Source: an uncultured Planctomycetales bacterium (GTDB taxonomy: Bacteria > Omnitrophota > Gorgyraeia > Zapsychrales > Aceulaceae). From it: a stretch of 64,000 nt of DNA. The position numbers were made by a program, and so were the translations under genes. The notes under the pieces were generated by a model. The model was not told where the DNA came from, made no database searches, and saw nothing but the letters and a program-made list of their open reading frames with translations. Location: assembly GCA_964648665.1 (NCBI GenBank), contig CAZYOA010000004.1, forward strand, positions 52,894 through 116,893, in the 5' to 3' direction. Below are positions 46,555-55,685 of the stretch, one piece after another. Within the stretch, counting starts at the first letter, position 1, and every line of letters begins with the position of its first letter.

Positions 46555-48240
46555 ATGAAAAAAATAAGAATCGCATTAGCACAAATCAATACTATTGTTG
46601 GTGATCTTTCTGGAAATTCTAAAAAGATCTTAAGCTTTGTTGATATTGCACGTCAGATTGATAGCGATATTGTTATTTTTCCAGAGCTTGCTATTACAGG
46701 TTATCCTCCTGAAGACTTACTTTTAAAGAAGTATTTTGTTGATGACAATAAAAAAGAGCTTCGTCTTTTGGCATCTAAAATAAAAGATATAACAGCTGTT
46801 GTTGGATTTGTAGATTGTGATCGTAATAAAAATCTTTACAATGCTGCGGCTGTTATTGCTAATGGAAAGATTAAGGGAGTTTACGCAAAGCAATGTCTTT
46901 CGAATTATGGTGTTTTTGATGAAAAGCGCTATTTCTTAAAAGGCGATGAAAACTTTATCTTTTCTTTAAATGGAATTGGTTTTGAAATAAGTATTTGTGA
47001 AGATATTTGGGATGAAAACGGATTGTGTGTTAAGCAGGCAAAAAGTGATGCTCAGGTGCTTCTTAACCTTTCTGCTTCCCCCTATCATTCTGGAAAAGCT
47101 CGACAACGCCAAATGCTTTTATCGAAAAGAGCAAAACAAAGAAAATCATTTGTTTGCTATTGCAATCTTGTTGGCGGACAAGATGAACTTGTTTTTGACG
47201 GAATGAGCGCGATTGTTGATTCTGATGGCAAGACTATGGCTGTAGGTCGACAATTTGAAGAAGATTTGATTGTTACTGACATTGATATTGATGAAAAAAA
47301 GAAAATAAGATCAAAATGTGTTTGCACAATAAAACAAAAGACATCAGAAGAGAAAGTTTTTATTAAGTTAAAAAAGAATAAGAAATTAAGCTCTTGTGAA
47401 GAAATTTATAAGGCTCTTGTTTGCGGTACCCAAGATTATATTTTAAAGAACGGATTTAAGAAAGTTGCTCTTGGTATAAGTGGCGGAATTGACTCTGCTT
47501 TAGTTGCGATCATTGCAGCTGATGCTTTAGGAAAAGAAAATGTATTAGGTGTTTCAATGCCATCTCAACACACATCGAAATCTACACAAGCTGATGCTAA
47601 GAGGCTTGCGAAAAATCTTGGGATTGCCTTTCTCGAGATACCGATTAAGCAAACTTACCAGGCGTATATCGCAACTTTGAAAAAACAGTTTGCAGGCCAA
47701 AAAGAAAATATTGCTGAAGAAAATTTACAGGCACGTATTCGAGGAAATATTTTGATGGCTCTTTCTAATAAGTTTGGATATTTGGTTTTAACGACGGGAA
47801 ATAAAAGTGAAATTTCTGTTGGATATTGTACTCTTTATGGAGATATGGCAGGAGGTTTTGCACCAATTAAAGATGTTCTAAAAACGAAAGTTTATGATTT
47901 GGTAAAATATCGAAATCAAGAAGAAGGATCAAATTTAATTCCAAAAAGCATTATTAAGCGCCCTCCAACAGCGGAACTTAGAAAAGGACAAAAAGATCAG
48001 GATAGCCTTCCTCCGTATGATGTCTTGGATTCGATTTTAGAGGCCTACGTGCAAGGAGATTTAAGTATAAAGTCTTTAGAGAAAAAGAAAATTAGCATTA
48101 AGCTTACTAAGAAAATTATTGGACTTGTTGATCGCATGGAATATAAGCGTAGACAAGCACCATTGGGCGTTAAAATTACTTCTAAAGCTTTTGGTAAAGA
48201 TCGACGTTTACCGGTTATTAATAAATATACGGAAAAGTAA
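46555..48240 (+). CDS. nadE: glutamine-dependent NAD+ synthetase (CN-hydrolase + NAD synthetase domains)
   Basis: It has an N-terminal nitrilase-like domain (IALAQINT, catalytic C in ISICEDIW). The C-terminal PP-loop is GISGGIDSA. Confidence 0.9.
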   Translation: MKKIRIALAQINTIVGDLSGNSKKILSFVDIARQIDSDIVIFPELAITGYPPEDLLLKKYFVDDNKKELRLLASKIKDITAVVGFVDCDRNKNLYNAAAVIANGKIKGVYAKQCLSNYGVFDEKRYFLKGDENFIFSLNGIGFEISICEDIWDENGLCVKQAKSDAQVLLNLSASPYHSGKARQRQMLLSKRAKQRKSFVCYCNLVGGQDELVFDGMSAIVDSDGKTMAVGRQFEEDLIVTDIDIDEKKKIRSKCVCTIKQKTSEEKVFIKLKKNKKLSSCEEIYKALVCGTQDYILKNGFKKVALGISGGIDSALVAIIAADALGKENVLGVSMPSQHTSKSTQADAKRLAKNLGIAFLEIPIKQTYQAYIATLKKQFAGQKENIAEENLQARIRGNILMALSNKFGYLVLTTGNKSEISVGYCTLYGDMAGGFAPIKDVLKTKVYDLVKYRNQEEGSNLIPKSIIKRPPTAELRKGQKDQDSLPPYDVLDSILEAYVQGDLSIKSLEKKKISIKLTKKIIGLVDRMEYKRRQAPLGVKITSKAFGKDRRLPVINKYTEK

Positions 48241-48329
48241 AAAAAGTTATTTAATAGTTGTAAGATTGTAAAAAAATATTAAAATGGATAAAAAATTACA
48301 GAAAAAGAAATAAAGAAGGATTTTGTTAA

Positions 48330-48512
48330 AGCAAAAAGAGGAAAATCTATCGCTATATTATTAATGATGTTGAGAAAGTATTGATAACGAAAGCTCTTGA
48401 GCAAGCGTTTGGCAGTCAAGCCTTAGCTTCTAAAATTCTTGGAATCAATCGAAATACAATTTGTTCTAAGATTAAAAAATTAAAAATAAAAGTGAATCAA
48501 TTTAAGATATGA
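48330..48512 (+). CDS. Fis-family HTH mini-ORF (Fis/NtrC C-terminal DNA-binding helix-turn-helix), possibly a functional mini-Fis or a relic of a sigma54 activator
   Basis: The frame is open from 48330 and translates to ...INDVEKVLITKALEQAFGSQALASKILGINRNTICSKIKKLKIKVNQFKI. This aligns with the E. coli Fis C-terminus (LYELVLAEVEQPLL...[22 protein letters not shown]). There is no in-frame ATG, only TTG/ATT candidates. Its TGA stop overlaps the gltB ATG (ATGA) in a translational-coupling arrangement. Confidence 0.4.
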   Translation, partial: SKKRKIYRYIINDVEKVLITKALEQAFGSQALASKILGINRNTICSKIKKLKIKVNQFKI

Positions 48513-51500
48513 GTAACAATTTTATGATGAAAAAACAAGGAATGTACGATCCTCGTTTCGAGCATGATAGCTGTGGTGTTGGCTTTGTGGTTAACATCAA
48601 AGGAAAAAGAAATCATGATATTATTCGAAATGGTATTAAAATTCTAGAAAATCTTACGCATCGTGGAGCCACAGGATCTGATCCTTTAACAGGAGATGGA
48701 GCCGGTATTTTAGTTCAAATTCCAGATGATTTTTTTAGGAAAGAATGTCCGAAGGTTAACATTAATCTTCCTGAAGAAGGAGGTTATGGCGCTGGTATTG
48801 TTTTTCTTCCAAAAGATTTAGAGGAGCGCAATCTTTGTGAGGAATGGCTTGAGCAAATTATTCATCAGGAGGGGCAGAAATTCTTAGGGTGGAGAAATGT
48901 TCCTTGTGATAATAGTAAAATTGGGCATGTTGCGCGATTAGCAGAGCCAGAATTTAAGCAGATTTTTATTGGCAGAGGTGATAATACAAAAGAAGAAGGT
49001 GCTTTTGAGCGTAAGCTTTATGTGATAAGAAAGTTGATTGAGAAGAAAGTCAGAGATTCTCAGATTCAGCAAAAACATTTTTTTTATGTCTGTAGTCTCT
49101 CTTCAAAAACGATTGTTTATAAGGGTCAGTTAATGGCTGAGCAGGTTAATGGATTTTATACAGATTTAGCAGATCCTTTATTTGTTTCTTGCTTGGCTAT
49201 GGTGCATTCTCGTTATAGTACAAATACATTTCCAACATGGGCGTTAGCTCATCCGTATCGCGTTATTGCACATAATGGTGAGATTAATACATTGCGTGGA
49301 AATATTAATTGGATGCATGCTCGAGAAATGCAGTTTATTAGTGAACTTTTTGGAGAAGAAGATACAAAGAAAATTTTACCAATTATTACACCTAATGCGA
49401 GTGATTCTGCAACGTTTGATAATGTTTTAGAAATGCTGACGCTGTGTGGGAGATCATTGCCGCACGCTGTTATGATGATGATTCCAGAGGCTTGGAGTGG
49501 GCATGAGAGTATGAGTGATAAAAAGAAAGCTTTTTATGAATATCATTCAAGTATTATGGAGCCATGGGATGGGCCGGCTTCGATTGGTTTTACTGATGGA
49601 AGATATGTTGGCGCTGTATTAGACAGAAACGGACTCCGTCCATCAAGATTTTTGCTTACAAAAGACGACATGATTATTATGGCTTCTGAAACAGGAGTTT
49701 TGCCTGTTAGTCCGGATAACGTTTTGAAAAAAGGACGTCTTCAGCCAGGGCGAATGTTCTTAGTTGATACTCAAGAGGGACGGATTATCGATGATGATGA
49801 ATTAAAAGATTTTTATGCGACACAAAATTTGTATGAAGAATGGATTAAAGAAAACTTAGTAGATTTAGAATCTCTTCCGAAACCGAGAGTGTCTCATCGT
49901 ACTGATGAAAAAACATTGCTAGAGAGACAAAGAGCGTTTGGCTATACCTTGGAAGATCTAAAAATTATTCTTTATCCTATGGTTGCCGACGGAAAAGAAG
50001 CAACGGGATCTATGGGAGAGGATACTCCTCTAGCTGTCTTATCAAGAAAGCCGCGACTTTTATATACATATTTTAAACAACTTTTTGCACAAGTTACAAA
50101 TCCTCCAGTTGATGCTATTCGTGAAGAAATTGTTATGGCTGAGGATGTTTTGCTTGGAGCAGAGCGAAATCTTCTTAAGGAAACTCCACAGCATATTCAG
50201 AGATTAAAATTAAAAAGACCAATTCTTGTTAATGATGATTTAGAGAAAATTCGTGAAATTAAGAAGCCAGGTCTTCAAAATGTGACATTGTCGATTTTGC
50301 TAGAAAGAAATAGTGGTCCAGAGAATATTGAAGAAGCATTAGAAAGTGTTTTTAAGAAAGCTGATGAATCTATTGAGCAGGGCAAAACGATTATTATTCT
50401 TTCAGATCGAGGTATTGATAAAAAGCATGTTGCTATGCCAGCGTTGTTGGCTTGCGCAGGACTTCATCATCATCTTATCCGCCGAGGAACGCGAACAAAG
50501 GTGAGTATTGTTTTAGAGACAGGTGAAGCTAGAGAAATGCATCATTTTGCAACATTGATTGGATATGGAGCAAATGCAATTAATCCTTATCTAGTTCTTG
50601 AAACTATTGAGTCAGAATTTAAAAAAGGATCTTATCCAAGTGATTTAATATTTGAAAAGATTCAAGAAAACTTTTTGTCATCAACGCGAAAAGGATTGTT
50701 TAAGGTTATTTCAAAAATGGGAATTTCAACGATTCAGTCGTATTGTGGAGCTCAAATTTTTGAATGTGTTGGATTAGGCAAAGAAATTGTTGATAACTAC
50801 TTTGAAGCAACACCATCTCGCATTGGCGGTATTGGTGTTGTAAAAGTTGCTGAAGAAATGTTTTTGCGACACGATGCTGCTTATCCAAAAGATCAAATGC
50901 AAGAGACTATGCTTGATGGTGGTGGAAGTTATGCCTGGCGAAAAGATAGCGAACATCATCAGCTAAGTCCAGAGGCGATTGCAATTTTACAGAATTCTGT
51001 TCGAACGGGTGATTATCAGATGTATAAGAAGTTTGCAGATATTGTAAATAATTATCAGACAAATCTTGCGACAATTCGAGGTCTTTTAAAATTTAAAAAG
51101 GGAAAATCAATTTCTATTGACGAAGTAGAGCCTGCTGTGGAGATTGTAAAACGATTTGCAACGGGTGCGATGAGTTATGGATCGATTTCAAGAGAAGCTC
51201 ATGAAACGCTTGCTATCGCGATGAATCGTTTAGGCGGTTTTTCAAATACAGGAGAGGGTGGCGAGGATCCGGAGCGTTTTAAGCCATTAGCTAATGGAGA
51301 TTCAAAGTGTAGTCGTATTAAGCAAGTTGCTCAGGGACGTTTTGGCGTTACGATTGAATATTTAGCGAATGCGGATCAACTTCAGATTAAAATGGCACAA
51401 GGAGCAAAGCCCGGCGAGGGAGGACAACTTCCAGGGCATAAAGTTAGCCAGGAAATTGCAAATATACGTCATACAACAAAAGGTGTTGGACTTATTTCTC

Positions 51501-53056
51501 CTCCACCTCATCATGATATTTATTCGATAGAAGATTTAGCGCAACTTATTCATGATTTAAAGAATTCAAATCCAAAGGCAGATGTTAGTGTAAAGCTTGT
51601 TTCGGAAATCGGTGTTGGTACGATTGCTGCTGGTGTTTCTAAGGGTAAGGCAGATCATCTTTTGATTAGTGGTTTTGGAGGAGGCACAGGTGCTTCTCCG
51701 CAGACTTCTATAAAACACGCAGGTCTTCCTTTAGAGTTGGGATTAGCTGAGACGCAGCAAGTTTTAGTGATGAATGATCTTAGAGGACGTATTCGCGTTC
51801 AGGCTGATGGACAAATGCGCACAGGTCGAGATGTTGCTATTGTTGCAATGTTAGGAGCTGATGAGGTTGGATTTGCAACAGTTGCTCTTGTGACGATGGG
51901 ATGCGTTATGTTACGTAAATGCCATTTGAATGCTTGCTCTGTTGGAATTGCAACTCAAGATCCTAATCTAAGAAAGAATTTTAGAGGAACGCCAGAGCAT
52001 GTTGTAAATTATTTTCTTTTTGTTGCTGAAGAATGTCGAGAGATTATGGCAGAACTTGGGTTTAAAACATTTAAAGAAATGATTGGTCGTGTCGATATGC
52101 TTGAAACGCAAGAGGTGGTTGATCATTGGAAGGCTGATGGATTAGATCTGACACATATTTTACACAAACCAGATGTGCCAAAAGATGTTATTACCTCTCA
52201 CCAAGGTGTTCAAGATCATGGGTTAGAAAAAGCATTAGATCAGAAAATAGTAAAGCTTGCAAAAAATGCTATCGAAAACAAACAAGCTATTAAGATTGAA
52301 TTACCAATTCAAAATATTAATCGAACTGTTGGAACAATTTTAAGTCATGAGATTGCAAAGCGATATGGGCTTGAAGGTCTTCCAGATAAAACAGTTCAAG
52401 TTCTTTTTAAAGGGTCTGCTGGTCAAAGTTTTGGTGCATTTTTATCAAAGGGAGTTAAGTTTGTTCTTGAAGGTGATGCTAATGATTATTTAGGTAAGGG
52501 TTTATCTGGTGGAAAAATTACAGTTATCCCTTCCCGGGAGGCAACTTTTGTTCCTGAAGAGAATATTATCGTTGGAAATGTTATTCTTTATGGTGCGATT
52601 GAAGGAGAGGTTTTTATTCGCGGACTTGCTGGTGAGCGATTTTGTGTTCGTAATAGTGGTGTGCATGCTGTTGTTGAAGGCATTGGTGATCATGGATGTG
52701 AATATATGACTGGTGGACGTGTTGTTGTTTTAGGTTTAACAGGAAGAAATTTTGCAGCTGGCATGAGTGGTGGAATTGCATATATTTTAGATAAAGAAAA
52801 AGTTTTTAGTCGACATTGTAATATGACGATGGTAGATTTGGAAGAAGTTGTAGAAAGCGAAGATGTTAAAGAGCTTAAAAGTTTAATTGAAAAACATCTC
52901 AAAGAAACAAAAAGTGGTGTTGCTAAAAATGTTCTAGATGCTTGGCCAGAAGTGTTAAAAGATTTTGTTAAGGTTTACCCAAAAGATTACAGGTGTGTTG
53001 TAGAAGAAGCTAAGGCGATAAAAAATCAGGAGCAAGAGGCAAAAAGTCATGGGTGA
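48509..53056 (+). CDS. gltB: glutamate synthase large subunit
   Basis: At 1515 aa it has an N-terminal class II amidotransferase Cys (FEHDSCGVGFV). Central FMN/Fe-S domains and a C-terminal GXGXG domain follow. Confidence 0.95.
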   Translation: MSNNFMMKKQGMYDPRFEHDSCGVGFVVNIKGKRNHDIIRNGIKILENLTHRGATGSDPLTGDGAGILVQIPDDFFRKECPKVNINLPEEGGYGAGIVFLPKDLEERNLCEEWLEQIIHQEGQKFLGWRNVPCDNSKIGHVARLAEPEFKQIFIGRGDNTKEEGAFERKLYVIRKLIEKKVRDSQIQQKHFFYVCSLSSKTIVYKGQLMAEQVNGFYTDLADPLFVSCLAMVHSRYSTNTFPTWALAHPYRVIAHNGEINTLRGNINWMHAREMQFISELFGEEDTKKILPIITPNASDSATFDNVLEMLTLCGRSLPHAVMMMIPEAWSGHESMSDKKKAFYEYHSSIMEPWDGPASIGFTDGRYVGAVLDRNGLRPSRFLLTKDDMIIMASETGVLPVSPDNVLKKGRLQPGRMFLVDTQEGRIIDDDELKDFYATQNLYEEWIKENLVDLESLPKPRVSHRTDEKTLLERQRAFGYTLEDLKIILYPMVADGKEATGSMGEDTPLAVLSRKPRLLYTYFKQLFAQVTNPPVDAIREEIVMAEDVLLGAERNLLKETPQHIQRLKLKRPILVNDDLEKIREIKKPGLQNVTLSILLERNSGPENIEEALESVFKKADESIEQGKTIIILSDRGIDKKHVAMPALLACAGLHHHLIRRGTRTKVSIVLETGEAREMHHFATLIGYGANAINPYLVLETIESEFKKGSYPSDLIFEKIQENFLSSTRKGLFKVISKMGISTIQSYCGAQIFECVGLGKEIVDNYFEATPSRIGGIGVVKVAEEMFLRHDAAYPKDQMQETMLDGGGSYAWRKDSEHHQLSPEAIAILQNSVRTGDYQMYKKFADIVNNYQTNLATIRGLLKFKKGKSISIDEVEPAVEIVKRFATGAMSYGSISREAHETLAIAMNRLGGFSNTGEGGEDPERFKPLANGDSKCSRIKQVAQGRFGVTIEYLANADQLQIKMAQGAKPGEGGQLPGHKVSQEIANIRHTTKGVGLISPPPHHDIYSIEDLAQLIHDLKNSNPKADVSVKLVSEIGVGTIAAGVSKGKADHLLISGFGGGTGASPQTSIKHAGLPLELGLAETQQVLVMNDLRGRIRVQADGQMRTGRDVAIVAMLGADEVGFATVALVTMGCVMLRKCHLNACSVGIATQDPNLRKNFRGTPEHVVNYFLFVAEECREIMAELGFKTFKEMIGRVDMLETQEVVDHWKADGLDLTHILHKPDVPKDVITSHQGVQDHGLEKALDQKIVKLAKNAIENKQAIKIELPIQNINRTVGTILSHEIAKRYGLEGLPDKTVQVLFKGSAGQSFGAFLSKGVKFVLEGDANDYLGKGLSGGKITVIPSREATFVPEENIIVGNVILYGAIEGEVFIRGLAGERFCVRNSGVHAVVEGIGDHGCEYMTGGRVVVLGLTGRNFAAGMSGGIAYILDKEKVFSRHCNMTMVDLEEVVESEDVKELKSLIEKHLKETKSGVAKNVLDAWPEVLKDFVKVYPKDYRCVVEEAKAIKNQEQEAKSHG

Positions 53057-54476
53057 AGTAAAAGGATTTTTAAAATACGATAGAGAGCACTTTGAAAAGC
53101 AATCTATTGCTGAACGTCTTAAGCATTGGAATGAATTTTATATTTATCCTGAAGAAAGCTTTTTAAAACAGCAAGGCGCACGATGTATGGATTGCGGAAT
53201 TCCTTTTTGTCAGTGGGGCTGTCCGATTGGAAATATTATTCCGGATTGGAATGATCTTGTTTATAAAGATCGATGGCAAGAAGCTTTTGAGCGATTACAG
53301 AAAACAAATAATTTTCCAGAGTTTACTGGGCGTGTTTGCCCGGCGCCATGCGAGAATTCTTGTGTTCTAGGCATCACAGATCCTGCGGTAACAATTAAGA
53401 ATATTGAGCTTTCTATTGTTGAAAAAGCATATAAAGAGAATTGGATTAAGCCGCGTGCGCCAAAAGTGCGTAGCGGTAAGAAAGTTGCCGTTGTTGGTTC
53501 TGGTCCGGCGGGGCTTGCATGTGCTGATCAGCTTAATCAAATGGGTCACAACGTTGTTGTTTACGAGAAGAATGAAGTTGTGGGCGGACTTTTAGCTTTA
53601 GGCATTCCAGATTTTAAATTGGAAAAAAAGATTATTGAAAGACGAGTTGAGCGCATGAAAAAAGAGGGTGTTCAATTTAAAATAAATGTTAATGTTGGTG
53701 TTGATGTTGATCGCAAAGAGCTTCAAAAGAAGCATGATGCGATTGTTTTATCTGGTGGAGCCGAGAATCCGAGAGATCTCAGTGTTGAAGGACGTGATTT
53801 AAAAGGCGTTTATTTTGCAATGGAGTTTCTAGCACAGCAAAATCGTGTGAATAGAGGCGTTAAGGTTGATGAAGGTGATCGTATTAATGCTGCGGGTCAG
53901 AATGTTGTTGTTTTAGGTGGAGGAGACACGGGAGCTGATTGTGTGGGAACATCAAATCGACAAGGAGCGTCATCTGTAAAACAATTTGAACTTCTACCAG
54001 ATTTGCCAAAAGAAAGAACGCAAGATAACCCTTGGCCTTATTGGGCATTTATTAAAAGAGTGTCGACTTCGCATGAAGAGGGCGTTGAGCAGGATTATTG
54101 TGTAATGACTAAGAAATTTAGTGGGGAAAATGGTGTTTTAAAAAATCTTCATGCGGTTCGTGTTGAATTTGGAGATAAAGATCCTGACACAGGCAGATGT
54201 CCTATGAAGGAAGTGCCAGGATCAGAGTTTACTGTATCTGTTGATAGGGTATTTTTAGCAATGGGGTTCTTAGGGCCTCAAAAAATAGGACTTTTGGAAA
54301 ACTTTGGCGTCGACCTTGATCTTAGGGGAAATGTTAAGACAGATGATCAAGGCATGACTAGCGTCTCTGGAATATTTGCTGCAGGGGATATGCGTCGTGG
54401 TCAATCTTTGGTTGTTTGGGCTATTTATGAAGGACGAACAACAGCGCAAAATGTTCATCAATATTTAGCAAAATAA
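53049..54476 (+). CDS. gltD: glutamate synthase small subunit (NADPH)
   Basis: It has Fe-S Cys clusters (CMDCGIPFC, CPAPCENSC). FAD and NADPH Rossmann motifs (VAVVGSGPAG, VVVLGGGDTG) are also present. It overlaps gltB by 8 nt. Confidence 0.9.
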   Translation: MGEVKGFLKYDREHFEKQSIAERLKHWNEFYIYPEESFLKQQGARCMDCGIPFCQWGCPIGNIIPDWNDLVYKDRWQEAFERLQKTNNFPEFTGRVCPAPCENSCVLGITDPAVTIKNIELSIVEKAYKENWIKPRAPKVRSGKKVAVVGSGPAGLACADQLNQMGHNVVVYEKNEVVGGLLALGIPDFKLEKKIIERRVERMKKEGVQFKINVNVGVDVDRKELQKKHDAIVLSGGAENPRDLSVEGRDLKGVYFAMEFLAQQNRVNRGVKVDEGDRINAAGQNVVVLGGGDTGADCVGTSNRQGASSVKQFELLPDLPKERTQDNPWPYWAFIKRVSTSHEEGVEQDYCVMTKKFSGENGVLKNLHAVRVEFGDKDPDTGRCPMKEVPGSEFTVSVDRVFLAMGFLGPQKIGLLENFGVDLDLRGNVKTDDQGMTSVSGIFAAGDMRRGQSLVVWAIYEGRTTAQNVHQYLAK

Positions 54477-54500
54477 TGGGTTTGTAGACCATTATATTTC

Positions 54501-54528
54501 TTGACGGATACCTGATTAATGGTATTAT
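54501..54528 (+). promoter_or_regulatory. sigma70 promoter for carAB (TTGACG - 16 nt - TATTAT)
   Basis: The -35 is ttgacg (54501-54506) and the -10 is tattat (54523-54528). It lies 60 nt upstream of the carA ATG. Confidence 0.45.
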
Positions 54529-54587
54529 TATGTCTAAGTTTTAAAATAACTTTTCTTTAACACTCATCTTTTAAGTTGTAATCTTAC

Positions 54588-55685
54588 ATGAAAAAAGCAA
54601 TAGTATATTTGGAAGACGGAACGATTTTTGAAGGTCGATCTATCTTCTCCTGTGGAGAGAGTGCAGGTGAGATGGTTTTTAATACTTCTATGAGCGGTTA
54701 TCAAGAAATTTTAACCGATCCTTCCTATGCTGGTCAAATTGTCACCATGACATATCCATTAATCGGAAATTATGGGGTCAATGAAGATGATGTTGAATCA
54801 AACAAGATTCACGTTAAAGGTTTTATTGTTAAAGAGTTTGCCCGTCGATTTTCTAATTTTCGTGCTACAAAATGTTTGATGGAGTATTTAAAAGAAAATA
54901 ATATCATAGCCATTGAGAATGTTGATACGAGAGCGCTTACAAAGCATTTGCGTGTCCGTGGAGCTATGAAAGGTATTATTTCAACTGAAGATTTTGATCC
55001 TAAAAGTTTGGCTGAAAAGATTAAAAAAGTTCCAGATATGGAAGGTAGCGATTGGGTTAAGGAGGTTACGACAAAAGAAAAGTATATTTGGAATAAGGGA
55101 GAAACTTGTGATCTTAAGGTTGCGGTTATTGATTGTGGTGTTAAATTTAATATTTTAAGAATCCTTGCTGAGCTTGGTTGCGAAGTTCATGTCTTTCCGT
55201 CTACGGTTACAGCTGAAGAAATTCAAGCTATTAATCCAGGCGGACTTTTTGTTTCTAACGGCCCAGGAGATCCTGCGGCCGTTTCTTATGTTGTCGAGAC
55301 GGTGAAAAAGTTTTTAGGAAAGCTTCCAATATTTGGCATTTGTTTGGGAAACCAGATTTTAGGATTGGCTTTGGGTGGAAAAACATACAAGCTAAAGTTT
55401 GGACATAGAGGAGCAAATCATCCTGTTAAAGATTTACAAGAAAATAAAATTTCAATTACATCTCAAAATCATGGTTTTTGTGTGGACATGGAAAGCTTGA
55501 ATGCCGACGATGTTGAAGTTACACATATTAATTTAAATGATAAAACGGTTGAAGGGATTGCACATAAAAAGTATCCGCTTTTTTCTGTTCAGTATCATCC
55601 AGAGGCTTCTCCTGGTCCTCATGATGCCCGATACTTATTTGATAGATTTATTAAAATGATGAAGGATTTTCATGCCAAAGCGTAA
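54588..55685 (+). CDS. carA: carbamoyl-phosphate synthase small (glutaminase) subunit
   Basis: At 365 aa it has a CPSase small-chain N-domain and GATase1 with the catalytic GICLGNQ. Confidence 0.9.
   Translation: MKKAIVYLEDGTIFEGRSIFSCGESAGEMVFNTSMSGYQEILTDPSYAGQIVTMTYPLIGNYGVNEDDVESNKIHVKGFIVKEFARRFSNFRATKCLMEYLKENNIIAIENVDTRALTKHLRVRGAMKGIISTEDFDPKSLAEKIKKVPDMEGSDWVKEVTTKEKYIWNKGETCDLKVAVIDCGVKFNILRILAELGCEVHVFPSTVTAEEIQAINPGGLFVSNGPGDPAAVSYVVETVKKFLGKLPIFGICLGNQILGLALGGKTYKLKFGHRGANHPVKDLQENKISITSQNHGFCVDMESLNADDVEVTHINLNDKTVEGIAHKKYPLFSVQYHPEASPGPHDARYLFDRFIKMMKDFHAKA

Noticed and set aside
48400-48420. TGGCAG...TTAGCT resembles a sigma54 -24/-12 promoter just upstream of gltB.
   Set aside because: The GG-GC spacing does not fit the -24/-12 rule, and the sequence lies inside the Fis-like ORF. 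No sigma54 activator gene is present.
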